Virus record (IMG/VR): IMGVR_UViG_3300031964_000008
Reading direction: 5' to 3' (one strand)
Length of the DNA stretch: 64,000 bases
Source of the DNA: a virus
Within the stretch, counting starts at the first letter, position 1. Each line of letters begins with the position of its first letter. A program made the translations under genes and the position numbers. This document shows, one piece after another, positions 26,901 to 36,466 of the stretch. Under the pieces are notes generated by a model, which saw only the letters and a program-made list of their open reading frames with translations, did not search any database and was not told the DNA's origin.

Positions 26901-28832
26901 ATGAAGACCAAAGCAGAACTACTGGCCGAACTGAAACTGGTCTACACGAAGGCCAAGGCCGCGTACTACAGTGCTGACGGCAGCAAGAAAAAACTGTTGA
27001 TGTCCGATGCAGAGTTTGATGCTCTGGAGGACAGGATTCGTAAGCTTGATCCAAAATGGGTAGGACTCAAGAAGACTGGCGTGCAGGTCGAAGATAAGAA
27101 GGTTGAAGCCCCGCTTTTTGAACTGATGCCGTCTCTCAACAAAATGTACGAAGATGGGGTGGACAAGTTCTATAAACGCATGACCATGGTAGGGACACGT
27201 AAATGGATTTGGATGGATAAACTGGATGGTGCAAGCCTACAGGTCGTTTATGAGAAGGGTAAGCCCTACAAATTATTCACACGCGGTGACGGCACACTTG
27301 GTGGCGACGTCAGCTTCTTGCTTCCTGCTCTAGTTAAGTGGGGGCGCATACCGCCACAAATTCCTGTAAACGAAAGCACGGTCTTTCGGCTGGAAGCTTT
27401 GATGCGGGTCAAAACTTTTGAGGCTCGGTGGAGTCGCGAGGCCAAGGGCAAAACGGGGTTTGACAATATACGCAATATGACTAACGGCCTCTTCAACCAG
27501 AAGAAGGCACACCCTGCCCTTGAATTAATTGATATGGTTGTGTTGGGTGTGTACGGCCTGGAGCTTGAATGCGGTTTGGAACTTGCCAAAGATTGGGGAT
27601 TTAAAACAGTGCGCTATTCTGTGGTCGTCGACAGTCGTAGTTCAGCGGCGCACTCCTTACACCTCGCAGCTCATAAGGATAGTTCCAACTACGAGATGGA
27701 CGGTTTAGTAATTGCCCCCGCTAATTTCGTACTGGACTATAAAACAAGCGACAAGCCGAAAGAGTTGGTGGCCTTCAAGTTCAATGACGAGGATAACGCA
27801 CCCCAAGTCAAAGTTGAATCCATTATTTGGCAGAAAACTCGCTTAAAGCGCTGGATAGGTAAGGTTAAGATTCCCCCAACACTAATGGACGGTGCCATGG
27901 TCGAACACGCGACAGCACACAACGCCAAGTGGATGATGGACCGTGGTATAGGGCCTGGAGCTATAATCAAGGTCCTACGTTCAGGTGGTGTCATACCAAA
28001 GATTGTTGGTGTCGTCAAGACCGCGAAATTCGAACCGCCTCCTGGTCCCTACAAAATCGAAGGTGTGCATTTCTTGATGTTAGAAGGTGACAAGGCATCC
28101 GATGTGCGGGGCATCCATCATTTCATGACCACACTGGATGTTGAGTTCCTGGCCGCTAAGACTTTGGAAAAACTATATTATTCGGGACTTGATTCACCTG
28201 AGCAGTATATTGATTTGGTTTACAACTACAATGAATCGGTAGCGACCAATTTTTTGGTTACTGACGGAGGCTTAGGTGAAAAACAATCAGCCAAAATCGT
28301 AGTTGAGTTGTGCCGTGTCCTGAAGTCCAAGATTCCAATCAAGCTTTTGATGGTGGCCTCTGGCTGTTTTGAAAAAGGTGGTATGGGCAAACGTAAACTC
28401 GAACAGCTGGAAGCCGCTGGCTTGTCTATGGGCGAGCTCTTAACTATGTCCCCGGAGACAATACGTAGCGAGGTCCCCAAGATCAAAGGTTTTAATACCA
28501 CAACTGCTGAAATTCTTGTAGCTGGTGTTATTGAGTTTCGCAAGTGGTACAAGCGGGTGAAGACTATGCTGGACGTTGATGGCGAAATACCCAAGAAAAA
28601 AGTTAGGGCTAAGGGCCTGCCCTTGGCGGGACTAAAAGTTGCTTGGACCAGTTATAGATCAAAGGATGAAGAAAAAACCGTAGAAGAAAATGGTGGCGAC
28701 ATCGTGAAATACGGTGCGTCCATGGACATCCTGCTTTACCGCGAAACTGCAAGGTTTATGGACAAAATCGAAAAAGCTGGTGCCAAGGCCATTACCTGGG
28801 ATAAATTCTGTATCAAGTACGGAGTAAAATAA
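26901..28832 (+). CDS. ligA: NAD+-dependent DNA ligase
   Basis: MSDAEFD, M.SL.K, adenylation motif KLDG, TRGDG, MDGLV, ATAHN, SGGVIPK; HhH and BRCT-like C-terminus. Confidence 0.95.
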   Translation: MKTKAELLAELKLVYTKAKAAYYSADGSKKKLLMSDAEFDALEDRIRKLDPKWVGLKKTGVQVEDKKVEAPLFELMPSLNKMYEDGVDKFYKRMTMVGTRKWIWMDKLDGASLQVVYEKGKPYKLFTRGDGTLGGDVSFLLPALVKWGRIPPQIPVNESTVFRLEALMRVKTFEARWSREAKGKTGFDNIRNMTNGLFNQKKAHPALELIDMVVLGVYGLELECGLELAKDWGFKTVRYSVVVDSRSSAAHSLHLAAHKDSSNYEMDGLVIAPANFVLDYKTSDKPKELVAFKFNDEDNAPQVKVESIIWQKTRLKRWIGKVKIPPTLMDGAMVEHATAHNAKWMMDRGIGPGAIIKVLRSGGVIPKIVGVVKTAKFEPPPGPYKIEGVHFLMLEGDKASDVRGIHHFMTTLDVEFLAAKTLEKLYYSGLDSPEQYIDLVYNYNESVATNFLVTDGGLGEKQSAKIVVELCRVLKSKIPIKLLMVASGCFEKGGMGKRKLEQLEAAGLSMGELLTMSPETIRSEVPKIKGFNTTTAEILVAGVIEFRKWYKRVKTMLDVDGEIPKKKVRAKGLPLAGLKVAWTSYRSKDEEKTVEENGGDIVKYGASMDILLYRETARFMDKIEKAGAKAITWDKFCIKYGVK

Positions 28833-29197
28833 TGAGTCCTAAAACTGTGCAAGACTACCCAAAACTTTTGCACTGTGTAAATACAGTTGGTAGAAGTATG
28901 AACTTGGACTTAGACGCTGAAACCTTGGCTACAATTTTGTCACTTCTGATTCGACAATTTACCGAGGCCCGTTCTTTGTCAAAACTGTTGGCTGCTGAGC
29001 GATGGCTAGGCAAACTGAATTTGTCTATTTTAGATTCTATACTAGTGAACAGTCCAAAATTAGAGGCTCACACTATTAGAACGATTTATGCCCAGCAACG
29101 TGGGCCTAGTATAGCTCTGGACATGCCTAGTTCTGTTGAATACGTATTATTCCGCATATACAGGATACTGACACGAGCGTCTAACAAATATACATGA
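28832..29197 (+). CDS. hypothetical protein
   Basis: TAATG overlap with ligA. Confidence 0.65.
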   Translation: MSPKTVQDYPKLLHCVNTVGRSMNLDLDAETLATILSLLIRQFTEARSLSKLLAAERWLGKLNLSILDSILVNSPKLEAHTIRTIYAQQRGPSIALDMPSSVEYVLFRIYRILTRASNKYT

Positions 29198-29206
29198 GGA
29201 ACACAT

Positions 29207-30724
29207 ATGACTAAGAGTCGCAAAGTCAACGACCTGACACAGTTGCCAGAATTGTTTGTTGAGCCAGAGTCAGAGCCGGAACTAGGTTTCGGGCTTATGC
29301 TGGAGGAGGAACAAAATAAACCAGAACCTGTTCAGGATATCCATGATGCTGTATTAGGATTAATGTACAATTATCGCGGATGGACCGTGCATGACGTACA
29401 ATTAAGGCTACCGGATCACCCAGAATGTTATCTGGTGCCAACGATTATGGCTAAATACGCAGCCGATGGTAGACTGGAGGCTGTCCGTGGCGCGAACGGA
29501 ATATTGACATTTACTCTAAAGAAGAAAATCTTGGACACGACAATTACCGCGCATAGGGCTAAACGGGTTCACCGAGAACCGAATGTTAGACTGGCCCCTG
29601 ACCCGAAAGGCGTGATTCGTCCGGAGGAGGGACTAGACATCGGTATCTGGAAAGTGATGTCTGATTACAAGCCACGTACCGCTTATGAAATTCGAAAAAT
29701 TCTAGCTGAATACAAGTTCGATAGCCGGATTACTGACAAACGATTGGACACCCTGATTAGAACCAATCGATGGTTTGAACGCCGGTCACATAAAGGGAGT
29801 GGTACTTCTTATACATTGAGAAAGGATTTCCCGATGCCGTCCTTGCTGAAATCTACTGAAAATTTAGTTGACCAGACACAACCCACTAAGGTCGAGGTTG
29901 ATGCCTATAATCAGAGTCAGGGCCACGAAACAAAGCATAAAGCGCCAACAAATAATCTGGATATGACTCTGGGTTGGAAGCAAGTAGTACAGGAATCAAT
30001 TTCAGTTGAAGGCAGCGCCAGCACTAATTCGCAATTTGTCGATCACTCAGCTTCAATGTCAAAAGATGATCCCTTGATTGTCCTGATATGGAAAGCGATG
30101 TCCGATAGGAAGCCTTATAAATCAGCTGACATCGCGGCATTAATTCAGGCAGTTAGACCCGACTTGAAGGCCCTACGTATTCAGAACACGATGTCAACAA
30201 TGAAAGCCAAGGGCTGGTTCATTACTGAACCTGCAGCGGGCCTGACTAAAGGTGCTGTCGCGGGATTAATGTGGAGACTCAAGCCTGAAATAGTTGATCC
30301 GCATAGCTACACAACAACGGATGCCAACTATAAATACAAAAATATTGACAAGCAAGAACTTGAAAAACAAGTAATGCAAATTGCACCGGAGAAACTTGAA
30401 ATGCCCAGCGTCAACACTAGCCAAAGTCTACAAACACCAGCTTCTAAATCTTTGGTCCAGGTCAGGGTCCACGAATCCTTAGTCCAAGAAGTACCATTGT
30501 TGGACCTAACTGTTCGTATTAAAGGATTGCCCCTCAGCCTAAGCGAGTGCCGCCAACTGGTTCACGAGTTACGGAACTTGGGTTATGGTAAAGTTGTGGC
30601 TCCAGCCCAAAATAGTCTGGTTAACCGGTCGATCACCATTAAAGACACCGATTTTTCTGAACCCGAGTTAGAGACCCTTATCAAAGGCTTAGTCGCAGAA
30701 GGTCTAGTATTGGCAAATAAATAA
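29207..30724 (+). CDS. protein with three winged-helix-like repeats
   Basis: IWKVMSDYKPRT / IWKAMSDRKPYK / VLGLMYNYRGWT repeats; GAGGA SD. Confidence 0.75.
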   Translation: MTKSRKVNDLTQLPELFVEPESEPELGFGLMLEEEQNKPEPVQDIHDAVLGLMYNYRGWTVHDVQLRLPDHPECYLVPTIMAKYAADGRLEAVRGANGILTFTLKKKILDTTITAHRAKRVHREPNVRLAPDPKGVIRPEEGLDIGIWKVMSDYKPRTAYEIRKILAEYKFDSRITDKRLDTLIRTNRWFERRSHKGSGTSYTLRKDFPMPSLLKSTENLVDQTQPTKVEVDAYNQSQGHETKHKAPTNNLDMTLGWKQVVQESISVEGSASTNSQFVDHSASMSKDDPLIVLIWKAMSDRKPYKSADIAALIQAVRPDLKALRIQNTMSTMKAKGWFITEPAAGLTKGAVAGLMWRLKPEIVDPHSYTTTDANYKYKNIDKQELEKQVMQIAPEKLEMPSVNTSQSLQTPASKSLVQVRVHESLVQEVPLLDLTVRIKGLPLSLSECRQLVHELRNLGYGKVVAPAQNSLVNRSITIKDTDFSEPELETLIKGLVAEGLVLANK

Positions 30725-30729
30725 AAGAC

Positions 30730-31056
30730 ATGACCACACCATTTATTAGACGTGAGGGATTCTGGCGAGATAGTGCCGATTCGATCTTACCGATTCCCAG
30801 GACAAAAGCTAAGCCTTGGCCGGGGCACCAACGTTTTCTTGACAAGTTAAAAGACAAAGAGGAAGATGCAGCAACACTATGTACCTCGTACCGTGGTTGG
30901 TCGACGTGCCGCATCTGCAATAAAGGAAATGGTTGTTCACAATATTCGTCTGATGGGTGGACTTGGCCTTCTGGGTTCCGACATTACGTTGAGGTCCATC
31001 TCGTCAGGCCTTCATTGGCCTTTGAGGAATTTATAATTGGGGAGCATCTGAAATGA
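30730..31056 (+). CDS. EGFW...SxCRIC...WP.G..HY family protein, paralog 1
   Basis: Motif-level similarity to 31730. Confidence 0.8.
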   Translation: MTTPFIRREGFWRDSADSILPIPRTKAKPWPGHQRFLDKLKDKEEDAATLCTSYRGWSTCRICNKGNGCSQYSSDGWTWPSGFRHYVEVHLVRPSLAFEEFIIGEHLK

Positions 31057-31370
31057 GTATGATTAATAGCTCTAATTATTTAGAAGCATTGATTCGTGAC
31101 CCCACCGTCATAGGCTTTAGTATTGTAGGTTGTCCAGGACTCACGTATGCGAACTCTGTGCATAGTCCCTCAACAGGTGGGCGCGTAACCAAGACTGTTC
31201 TATTCCTGCATGATGAGCTGCGTAGTGCTGATTCTCTAACACCGACAGAACGTCGACCGCTGATTAGAAAGCTCGTGAGTCTTGGTCACTCCAATGGTGC
31301 CATAGGTAGGATGCTTGGTATTTCGGTTTGGTGTGTTGAGCAGGCGTTGTATAATGATGATTCTGCATGA
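31053..31370 (+). CDS. protein with C-terminal HTH
   Basis: IRKLVSLGHSNGAIGRMLGISVWCVEQAL. Confidence 0.65.
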   Translation: MSMINSSNYLEALIRDPTVIGFSIVGCPGLTYANSVHSPSTGGRVTKTVLFLHDELRSADSLTPTERRPLIRKLVSLGHSNGAIGRMLGISVWCVEQALYNDDSA

Positions 31371-31755
31371 GGACCTATGGTATTTCACAGAGTCTGCCGA
31401 GGGTGAGAAACGGGCAGTCCACGTCATACCGCGCTTGAATGTTAGGGACAAAGGTTTCTATAGAGAAGTAGTAAGTATGGGCGCGTTCGATGAGCGTAAC
31501 GTCGAACGCATATACAACAAGAAGAAAAAGAAGACTGAGCACCTAGGTGGTATTCGGTTTCACCATGCCAGACTTATTGACTTCGAAATTCACCTGAGGT
31601 TCGAGGTTAGAGCTTATGCTCTAACCGCCGATATATCACCATTGCATACGTTTCCTTGGTATGCGCGTCCTAACCTACGGGCCTTCTACACGGCTATAGA
31701 TTACGACTACAAGAGAGGTAGACTTAATCATGGAATCAGCATTGACCAAGCGTGA
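31354..31755 (+). CDS. hypothetical protein
   Basis: ATG 31354/31357 overlapping the upstream stop. Confidence 0.65.
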   Translation: MMILHEDLWYFTESAEGEKRAVHVIPRLNVRDKGFYREVVSMGAFDERNVERIYNKKKKKTEHLGGIRFHHARLIDFEIHLRFEVRAYALTADISPLHTFPWYARPNLRAFYTAIDYDYKRGRLNHGISIDQA

Positions 31756-32209
31756 AGGTTTTTGGTATTCGAAGTACGAACAGGGTCTGCCTCACCCAGT
31801 GAGTGCTAGTGATGGGTGGAACCCTTATCAATTTCTTGCAGTGTTAGTTCCATTCGAGGACAAGTTACTGGCTGAAGCTATGTCCGCCGTTCTAGCGCAC
31901 AACAAGGAGTACGCAGAGTACTATGATACCTGGGGCAGCATTCATCCCGACAACCGACCCCCTCAGCCGCGATACGAAGAAGCGTTAGTCCTTAGTTACA
32001 TGGGGTCGTCTAATTGTCGGATCTGTGATTCGCAGGGTCGTGATATGGGCTACCGCGAATTCCACGTTGGTGACTGGGTGTGGCCCGAAGGTTATCGACA
32101 CTACATCGAGGTGCATAACGTGAAGCCTAGTGACGAGTTCATGGCCTTCATTACGGACGTTGCCACTTGGCTTGACATCAAACCAAAGGAAAGATATGGC
32201 ATTAGTTAA
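31730..32209 (+). CDS. EGFW...SxCRIC...WP.G..HY family protein, paralog 2
   Basis: Motif-level similarity to 30730. Confidence 0.8.
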   Translation: MESALTKREGFWYSKYEQGLPHPVSASDGWNPYQFLAVLVPFEDKLLAEAMSAVLAHNKEYAEYYDTWGSIHPDNRPPQPRYEEALVLSYMGSSNCRICDSQGRDMGYREFHVGDWVWPEGYRHYIEVHNVKPSDEFMAFITDVATWLDIKPKERYGIS

Positions 32210-32516
32210 TCTGAATAGCTATGACGCAGAGTTCGGACGCAGCTTGCAGTTACCTAAATGTAATCGCGATGCTTGTAGTTCAAAATTCGCACCCGTGTTT
32301 AATAAAGCAACTAAAACTTATTACTGTATTCCGTGTGCTAACAGGCTCAACGAATACCCTCACGCGCCCCCGTGCTGTGAGGTATTGACTCCAGAACAGG
32401 AACTAGAAGCACATCAAAAGTTCTTGAACGGTGAACTGTACGTTGGAGTCCAGAGGCTGGAAGCTTGGGAAGCAGCTAACCCGGGCTATAACATACGTTC
32501 AAATGTGCTATCATGA
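32196..32516 (+). CDS. Cys-rich hypothetical protein
   Basis: CNR.AC...YYC..CA..LN; AAAGGA SD. Confidence 0.7.
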   Translation: MALVNLNSYDAEFGRSLQLPKCNRDACSSKFAPVFNKATKTYYCIPCANRLNEYPHAPPCCEVLTPEQELEAHQKFLNGELYVGVQRLEAWEAANPGYNIRSNVLS

Positions 32517-32599
32517 AAATCAAAATACTGAAAGTTCAGGTCAATCACTACTTGCTCAGTCCCAACTAATAGCAATATTATTTAATCTAGGATTTCAAT

Positions 32600-32956
32600 A
32601 TGGGTGGTTGGAAACCTTTTCATGATAGCTGCAGCAGCTCACCTTATGCTGTAGCTAACAGCAATCCGAATCCATATAATTTTAAGATTCTTCAGTCTGT
32701 GGTGACCCGCTATGCTTCTAAAGTTTGTTTAGTTGTTAAAATTCACTATCCAGATGCCAAAAATTTTGAGGGTATAAAAATACTGGTATATTGTGATATA
32801 GACGGTGCTGATAACCTACTGGCTAAACTGAGTAACAAAATCGATCCTCATTTCAATGATTCAGGACCATGTCCTGATGCTAGGTTCCCGCCTACGCAGA
32901 AAGGCTGGCGAAATGCTTTAGCCTTTGCTAAATTACTGGTTAGACTAGAATCTTAA
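32600..32956 (+). CDS. SNP.P.NFKI...DPHF..ARF.PT..GW family protein, paralog 1
   Basis: Full-length similarity to 40692. Confidence 0.8.
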   Translation: MGGWKPFHDSCSSSPYAVANSNPNPYNFKILQSVVTRYASKVCLVVKIHYPDAKNFEGIKILVYCDIDGADNLLAKLSNKIDPHFNDSGPCPDARFPPTQKGWRNALAFAKLLVRLES

Positions 32957-32974
32957 TTAAACTCTAAATAATTG

Positions 32975-33003
32975 TTGACGTTGGCACCAACCTAAACTAT
33001 ACT
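32975..33003 (+). promoter_or_regulatory. early promoter (TTGACG-N17-TATACT) containing TTGGCACCA in the spacer
   Basis: Direct motif match. Confidence 0.75.
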
Positions 33004-33050
33004 GGAATCACTCCACTGAATCAAACAACCCAACGAAAAGGAAGAACAAA

Positions 33051-33272
33051 ATGATCCACGCGCGAATCACCATCACAGCCTTCGGTGGAACTGATTACAG
33101 AACCGGTGCCGACCGTCTTCCTCGTACTTTTGAAGTTTGTGGTTATAACAAAGAAGAATGCAAGTCTAAAGCACTTGACATGTATGGTGACTATAGCCAA
33201 GTCTCCAAGTACGTTGAATTCGATCCTGATTTTCCGCCCCAGTATGCCCACATGGACGAAGAAGATCTATAA
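33051..33272 (+). CDS. hypothetical protein
   Basis: AAAGGA SD, first gene after the promoter. Confidence 0.7.
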   Translation: MIHARITITAFGGTDYRTGADRLPRTFEVCGYNKEECKSKALDMYGDYSQVSKYVEFDPDFPPQYAHMDEEDL

Positions 33273-33287
33273 AATCTAGTGTCAAAT

Positions 33288-33362
33288 CTGCCCTTAGCTC
33301 AACGGATAGAGCAACAGCCTTCTAAGCTGTGGGTCTAGGTTCGATTCCTAGAGGGCAGACCA
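33288..33362 (+). tRNA. tRNA-Arg (anticodon UCU), CCA encoded
   Basis: Acceptor CTGCCCT/AGGGCAG, D-arm AGCTC..GAGC, anticodon arm ACAGC-CTTCTAA-GCTGT, T-arm CTAGG-TTCGATT-CCTAG, 3' ACCA. Confidence 0.97.
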
Positions 33363-33386
33363 ACTATAAACTATTTAAAATAAATG

Positions 33387-33415
33387 TTGGCACCAGCACC
33401 AAATTAGTCTATACT
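33387..33415 (+). promoter_or_regulatory. early promoter cassette
   Basis: TTGGCA-N17-TATACT. Confidence 0.75.
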
Positions 33416-33470
33416 GGGTTCATGGTTAAGTAATAACCGATTCAAAGTCCTAACGAAAAAGGAAAAGATC

Positions 33471-34118
33471 ATGAACTATTCAGTAGACCCCCATATTTTA
33501 GCCCTAATCCTAGTGGCTGTTATTGCTGGTGCCTTGATCGTCGCCTTCTGGCGAATTGCCTTGGTAGCAGCCCTAATTGTTGTTGTACTCGTGTTCATGG
33601 GCCACAGTTCGGATCCGATGACCGGGGTCTCCGATTTCTTAGGTTCAGCCGTTGATGCCTATCATGCGAAGCTGAATCAGAATTTAATCACCATTCCGCC
33701 AGTAACTGTTGGTGACGTCCTGAACAAGGCTACTGACGTAGCCTCGTCTGCCATCTCAAATGCTGATGTGCCTCCGGTTGCGAGCGCGAGTTCCACACCA
33801 GCAGAGACCGACGAGGCTGGGCCAGCAAACGAGTCCAGCAACCCGAATGCACCATCCCCGATGTCACAGGTTGAACACCAGTTTTTGGACCAGTGCATGG
33901 CTCGAAATGATAACAATGCTCGTCAATGCGTGGTCGACTGGTACGCAAAGAATCCTTGGGCTTGGAATAAGAAACAGGCTGAAATCAGTGAACAAGAAAA
34001 GTCTGACGATGAGGATACGGACACGAAAGAAATTGAAGCCGACAACAAGGCCGACAGTTCCAACTCAATCGTCCCCCCAATTCAGAGTACGAAGATCATC
34101 GTACAGGATCAACAGTAA
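33471..34118 (+). CDS. N-terminally membrane-anchored protein with low-complexity linker and two-Cys domain
   Basis: Long hydrophobic N-terminus; C..RNDNNARQC. Confidence 0.8.
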   Translation: MNYSVDPHILALILVAVIAGALIVAFWRIALVAALIVVVLVFMGHSSDPMTGVSDFLGSAVDAYHAKLNQNLITIPPVTVGDVLNKATDVASSAISNADVPPVASASSTPAETDEAGPANESSNPNAPSPMSQVEHQFLDQCMARNDNNARQCVVDWYAKNPWAWNKKQAEISEQEKSDDEDTDTKEIEADNKADSSNSIVPPIQSTKIIVQDQQ

Positions 34119-34127
34119 GGATTTATC

Positions 34128-34298
34128 ATGTCGTTAAAGCAAGCCTTATGTGAACGTTGCCACAAATTTGGATATATTGGTTACGACGAAGAGATGGAAC
34201 AAAGTATATGCGGTAAATGTAGTCTAGACTTTACTGAGTCCATGGAACAGTACGAGATCGACAAGCATCACCGCATTGCCGAAAGCAACGAATATTAA
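34128..34298 (+). CDS. 56-aa CxxC..CxxC zinc-finger protein (not in ORF track)
   Basis: AAGGA SD; CERC...CGKC. Confidence 0.65.
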   Translation: MSLKQALCERCHKFGYIGYDEEMEQSICGKCSLDFTESMEQYEIDKHHRIAESNEY

Positions 34299-34308
34299 GG
34301 ACCCAACA

Positions 34309-34416
34309 ATGTACAAATTTGAACAACAATCCAAGTTAAATTCTACCTTGGGACTGCTTGGTGCCTGTATCCTTGGTATGCTTCTGGCCATCACCATATT
34401 CTTTCAACTTAGCTAG
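34309..34416 (+). CDS. 35-aa membrane peptide (not in ORF track)
   Basis: AAGGA SD; LGLLGACILGMLLAITIFF. Confidence 0.55.
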   Translation: MYKFEQQSKLNSTLGLLGACILGMLLAITIFFQLS

Positions 34417-34424
34417 GACTTGAA

Positions 34425-34778
34425 ATGACACATGTTAAGGCAGCAGAACGATTGATTGCCACGTCCTTCGTTGGGGCTATGGCTAACTTGAATCCGAAGA
34501 CGACGGGCATACCTCATGTTGTCGTGTGGATTTCAAAGAAGGAACCAACACATGCTTGTCGTGTGAAAGTTTCCAATATACGCGGTAAGTTCTCGGGCGA
34601 GGACAATTTTTCAATCGCGCTTCACGATGAGTCTATCGAAGGCGAAGTGAAGGTTTCGCCGAAAGATGTGAAGGCCGTCATCGAATGGATGAACCTGAAC
34701 CGTAAGGTCATTCTGAAATATTGGAATGACCCCGAGTTTGACGTTGCCGAGTTGCTGGCGAAACTCAAAAAGATTTGA
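34425..34778 (+). CDS. MANL..TG[IL]P-family protein (DUF4160-like), paralog 3, with AAERL leader
   Basis: MANLNPKTTGIPHVVVWIS...RVKVS...EWMNLNRKVILKYW. Confidence 0.8.
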   Translation: MTHVKAAERLIATSFVGAMANLNPKTTGIPHVVVWISKKEPTHACRVKVSNIRGKFSGEDNFSIALHDESIEGEVKVSPKDVKAVIEWMNLNRKVILKYWNDPEFDVAELLAKLKKI

Positions 34779-34785
34779 TTAGATG

Positions 34786-34813
34786 TTGGCACCATCTTAA
34801 ATTGTGCTATACT
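34786..34813 (+). promoter_or_regulatory. early promoter cassette
   Basis: TTGGCA-N16-TATACT with TG extension; leader GGAATCACTGCACTGAA. Confidence 0.7.
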
Positions 34814-34860
34814 GGAATCACTGCACTGAAGCAAACAGTCCAACGAAAAGGAAGAATAAA

Positions 34861-35268
34861 ATGGGTACGCGAGCAATCACCAATGTTTTTGAAAACCAAC
34901 AGCCTCTTGTTAGCCTGTACGTTCATAGCGATGGCTATCCTTCGGGCCACGGACTGGCACTGGCAGAATTTCTCAGTACCCAGCGTTTAGTTACCGGGTT
35001 AGGTCCAGCTGATACACAACGAAGTTGTAACGGCGCTGGCTGTTTGGCTGCCCAATTGATTGCTTCACTCAAAACATGCCCCGGCCATATTTATGTTCGG
35101 GCTTATGACGCAGCTGCGACTGAAGAATTCAGATACGATATTCGAGTCGAAACCTGGGTTGGGCTTGAAGCCCCAACTCTGCGCGTTCAAGTTTTTAGTC
35201 GGAAGCCCGAAATGTTGTTCTCGGGTGGTGTCGAGGAATTCCTTAAATGGTGTAAGTCGGAAGCTTGA
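34861..35268 (+). CDS. conserved-type phage hypothetical protein (MGTR...H.DGYP..G...NG.GCLAAQLIA)
   Basis: AAAGGA SD; motif pattern. Confidence 0.8.
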   Translation: MGTRAITNVFENQQPLVSLYVHSDGYPSGHGLALAEFLSTQRLVTGLGPADTQRSCNGAGCLAAQLIASLKTCPGHIYVRAYDAAATEEFRYDIRVETWVGLEAPTLRVQVFSRKPEMLFSGGVEEFLKWCKSEA

Positions 35269-35324
35269 ATCTGAACCGTAAGGTCATTCTCAAGTGTTGG
35301 AACGACCCTGAGTTTGACGCTGCC
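35266..35324 (+). repeat. degenerate copy of the 3' end of the 34425 gene (34690-34748)
   Basis: 52/59 identical; translates to NLNRKVILKCWNDPEFDAA*. Confidence 0.9.
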
Positions 35325-35342
35325 TAGTTTCTAGGGATTACC

Positions 35343-35534
35343 ATGAACGACAAACCCTGTTACGCGAACGCAGACTGCATGTCTGCCGCCTGGAACGATG
35401 GACACACCTATGGTCTAAAAGGTGTGTACGCCCAGAACTACATAGACCTAAATACTCAGGCATGGTTTGATTATGCAGACGGCTGGACGACCGGGTACGC
35501 TGAACGAGACATATATCATGACGACAAAGAATAG
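35343..35534 (+). CDS. hypothetical protein
   Basis: AGGGA SD. Confidence 0.6.
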   Translation: MNDKPCYANADCMSAAWNDGHTYGLKGVYAQNYIDLNTQAWFDYADGWTTGYAERDIYHDDKE

Positions 35535-35931
35535 CAACAAGCAGATAGATAAGGTGATGGCTTTCTTGTGCTCCTTCCTAGGTACGGGCTATGAGTTGGA
35601 ATCTTATTACGGCACGGGACACGGTGTTAGCTGGCCCACGCAGAATATAAATAATCTGGTGATTCAGGTAGATTTGAGTACCTGTGTGGGTGGTCGTCGC
35701 AGTTTCCTACTTGATGTGTGGTTATGGACTGCATACGAGGATACCGACGTAGACGGCGCACGTTTTACCATAAAGTTCAGTACGTTTACGAGCTTCCAAA
35801 AGAGCTGGGAGCGAAAGCTAGGCGAAGTTGTCGAGGACTATCGCGCAGACATACGCAGAATCCAGCTCGGTATAGACGACACCCAAGCCTTTATGTTGAA
35901 GGTAACGCAATTGCCGCTACCTCAGAATTGA
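35518..35931 (+). CDS. hypothetical protein
   Basis: ORF overlapping the upstream stop. Confidence 0.65.
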   Translation: MTTKNSNKQIDKVMAFLCSFLGTGYELESYYGTGHGVSWPTQNINNLVIQVDLSTCVGGRRSFLLDVWLWTAYEDTDVDGARFTIKFSTFTSFQKSWERKLGEVVEDYRADIRRIQLGIDDTQAFMLKVTQLPLPQN

Positions 35932-36022
35932 TTAAGAGACTGACTGACGGGTTGAGTGTGCGTGTGGTATAATTGAAGTGTCACACGCATTCACACCAAT
36001 CAATCTAATTGGGGGATTCACT

Positions 36023-36466
36023 ATGAGCCTCAGATCGAAGGCTAAAGCAGAGAAGAAACGTGAGCAATTAAGACTGCAACGCGAACGAGAGGTTGCAGCA
36101 GTAAATGCACGCGTAGCAGAATTGAAGACTAGGACCGCAGGATTTGCCAGGTCACCGCGCCCGCCAGAAATGGATGAAGCCTATAACCGCGCAAAGATAC
36201 CGGTCTACGCACGACAGAACAAAGTACACCATGTCGGGACTTTGCACTCACGGTTTGATATGTCCGTGACGCCAAAGAAACCCGTGGTTGTTGGTGATGG
36301 TGGTGAGACCTCAGAAGAATTAATGTTGCGCGAGGTGAAGGCCCTAGAGCGCACTCGCGAGATCCAGAAGAGAGTTGACGTCGCCTTTAATAAGGGAGGG
36401 CTTCAACTCCTATCAGAGGGTGAGTTCGAAGCCATGCGTAAAGGTGAGTTAAGGAGACGGTCATGA
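36023..36466 (+). CDS. basic hypothetical protein
   Basis: GGGGGA SD; extended -10 TGGTATAAT at 35965-35973. Confidence 0.75.
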   Translation: MSLRSKAKAEKKREQLRLQREREVAAVNARVAELKTRTAGFARSPRPPEMDEAYNRAKIPVYARQNKVHHVGTLHSRFDMSVTPKKPVVVGDGGETSEELMLREVKALERTREIQKRVDVAFNKGGLQLLSEGEFEAMRKGELRRRS

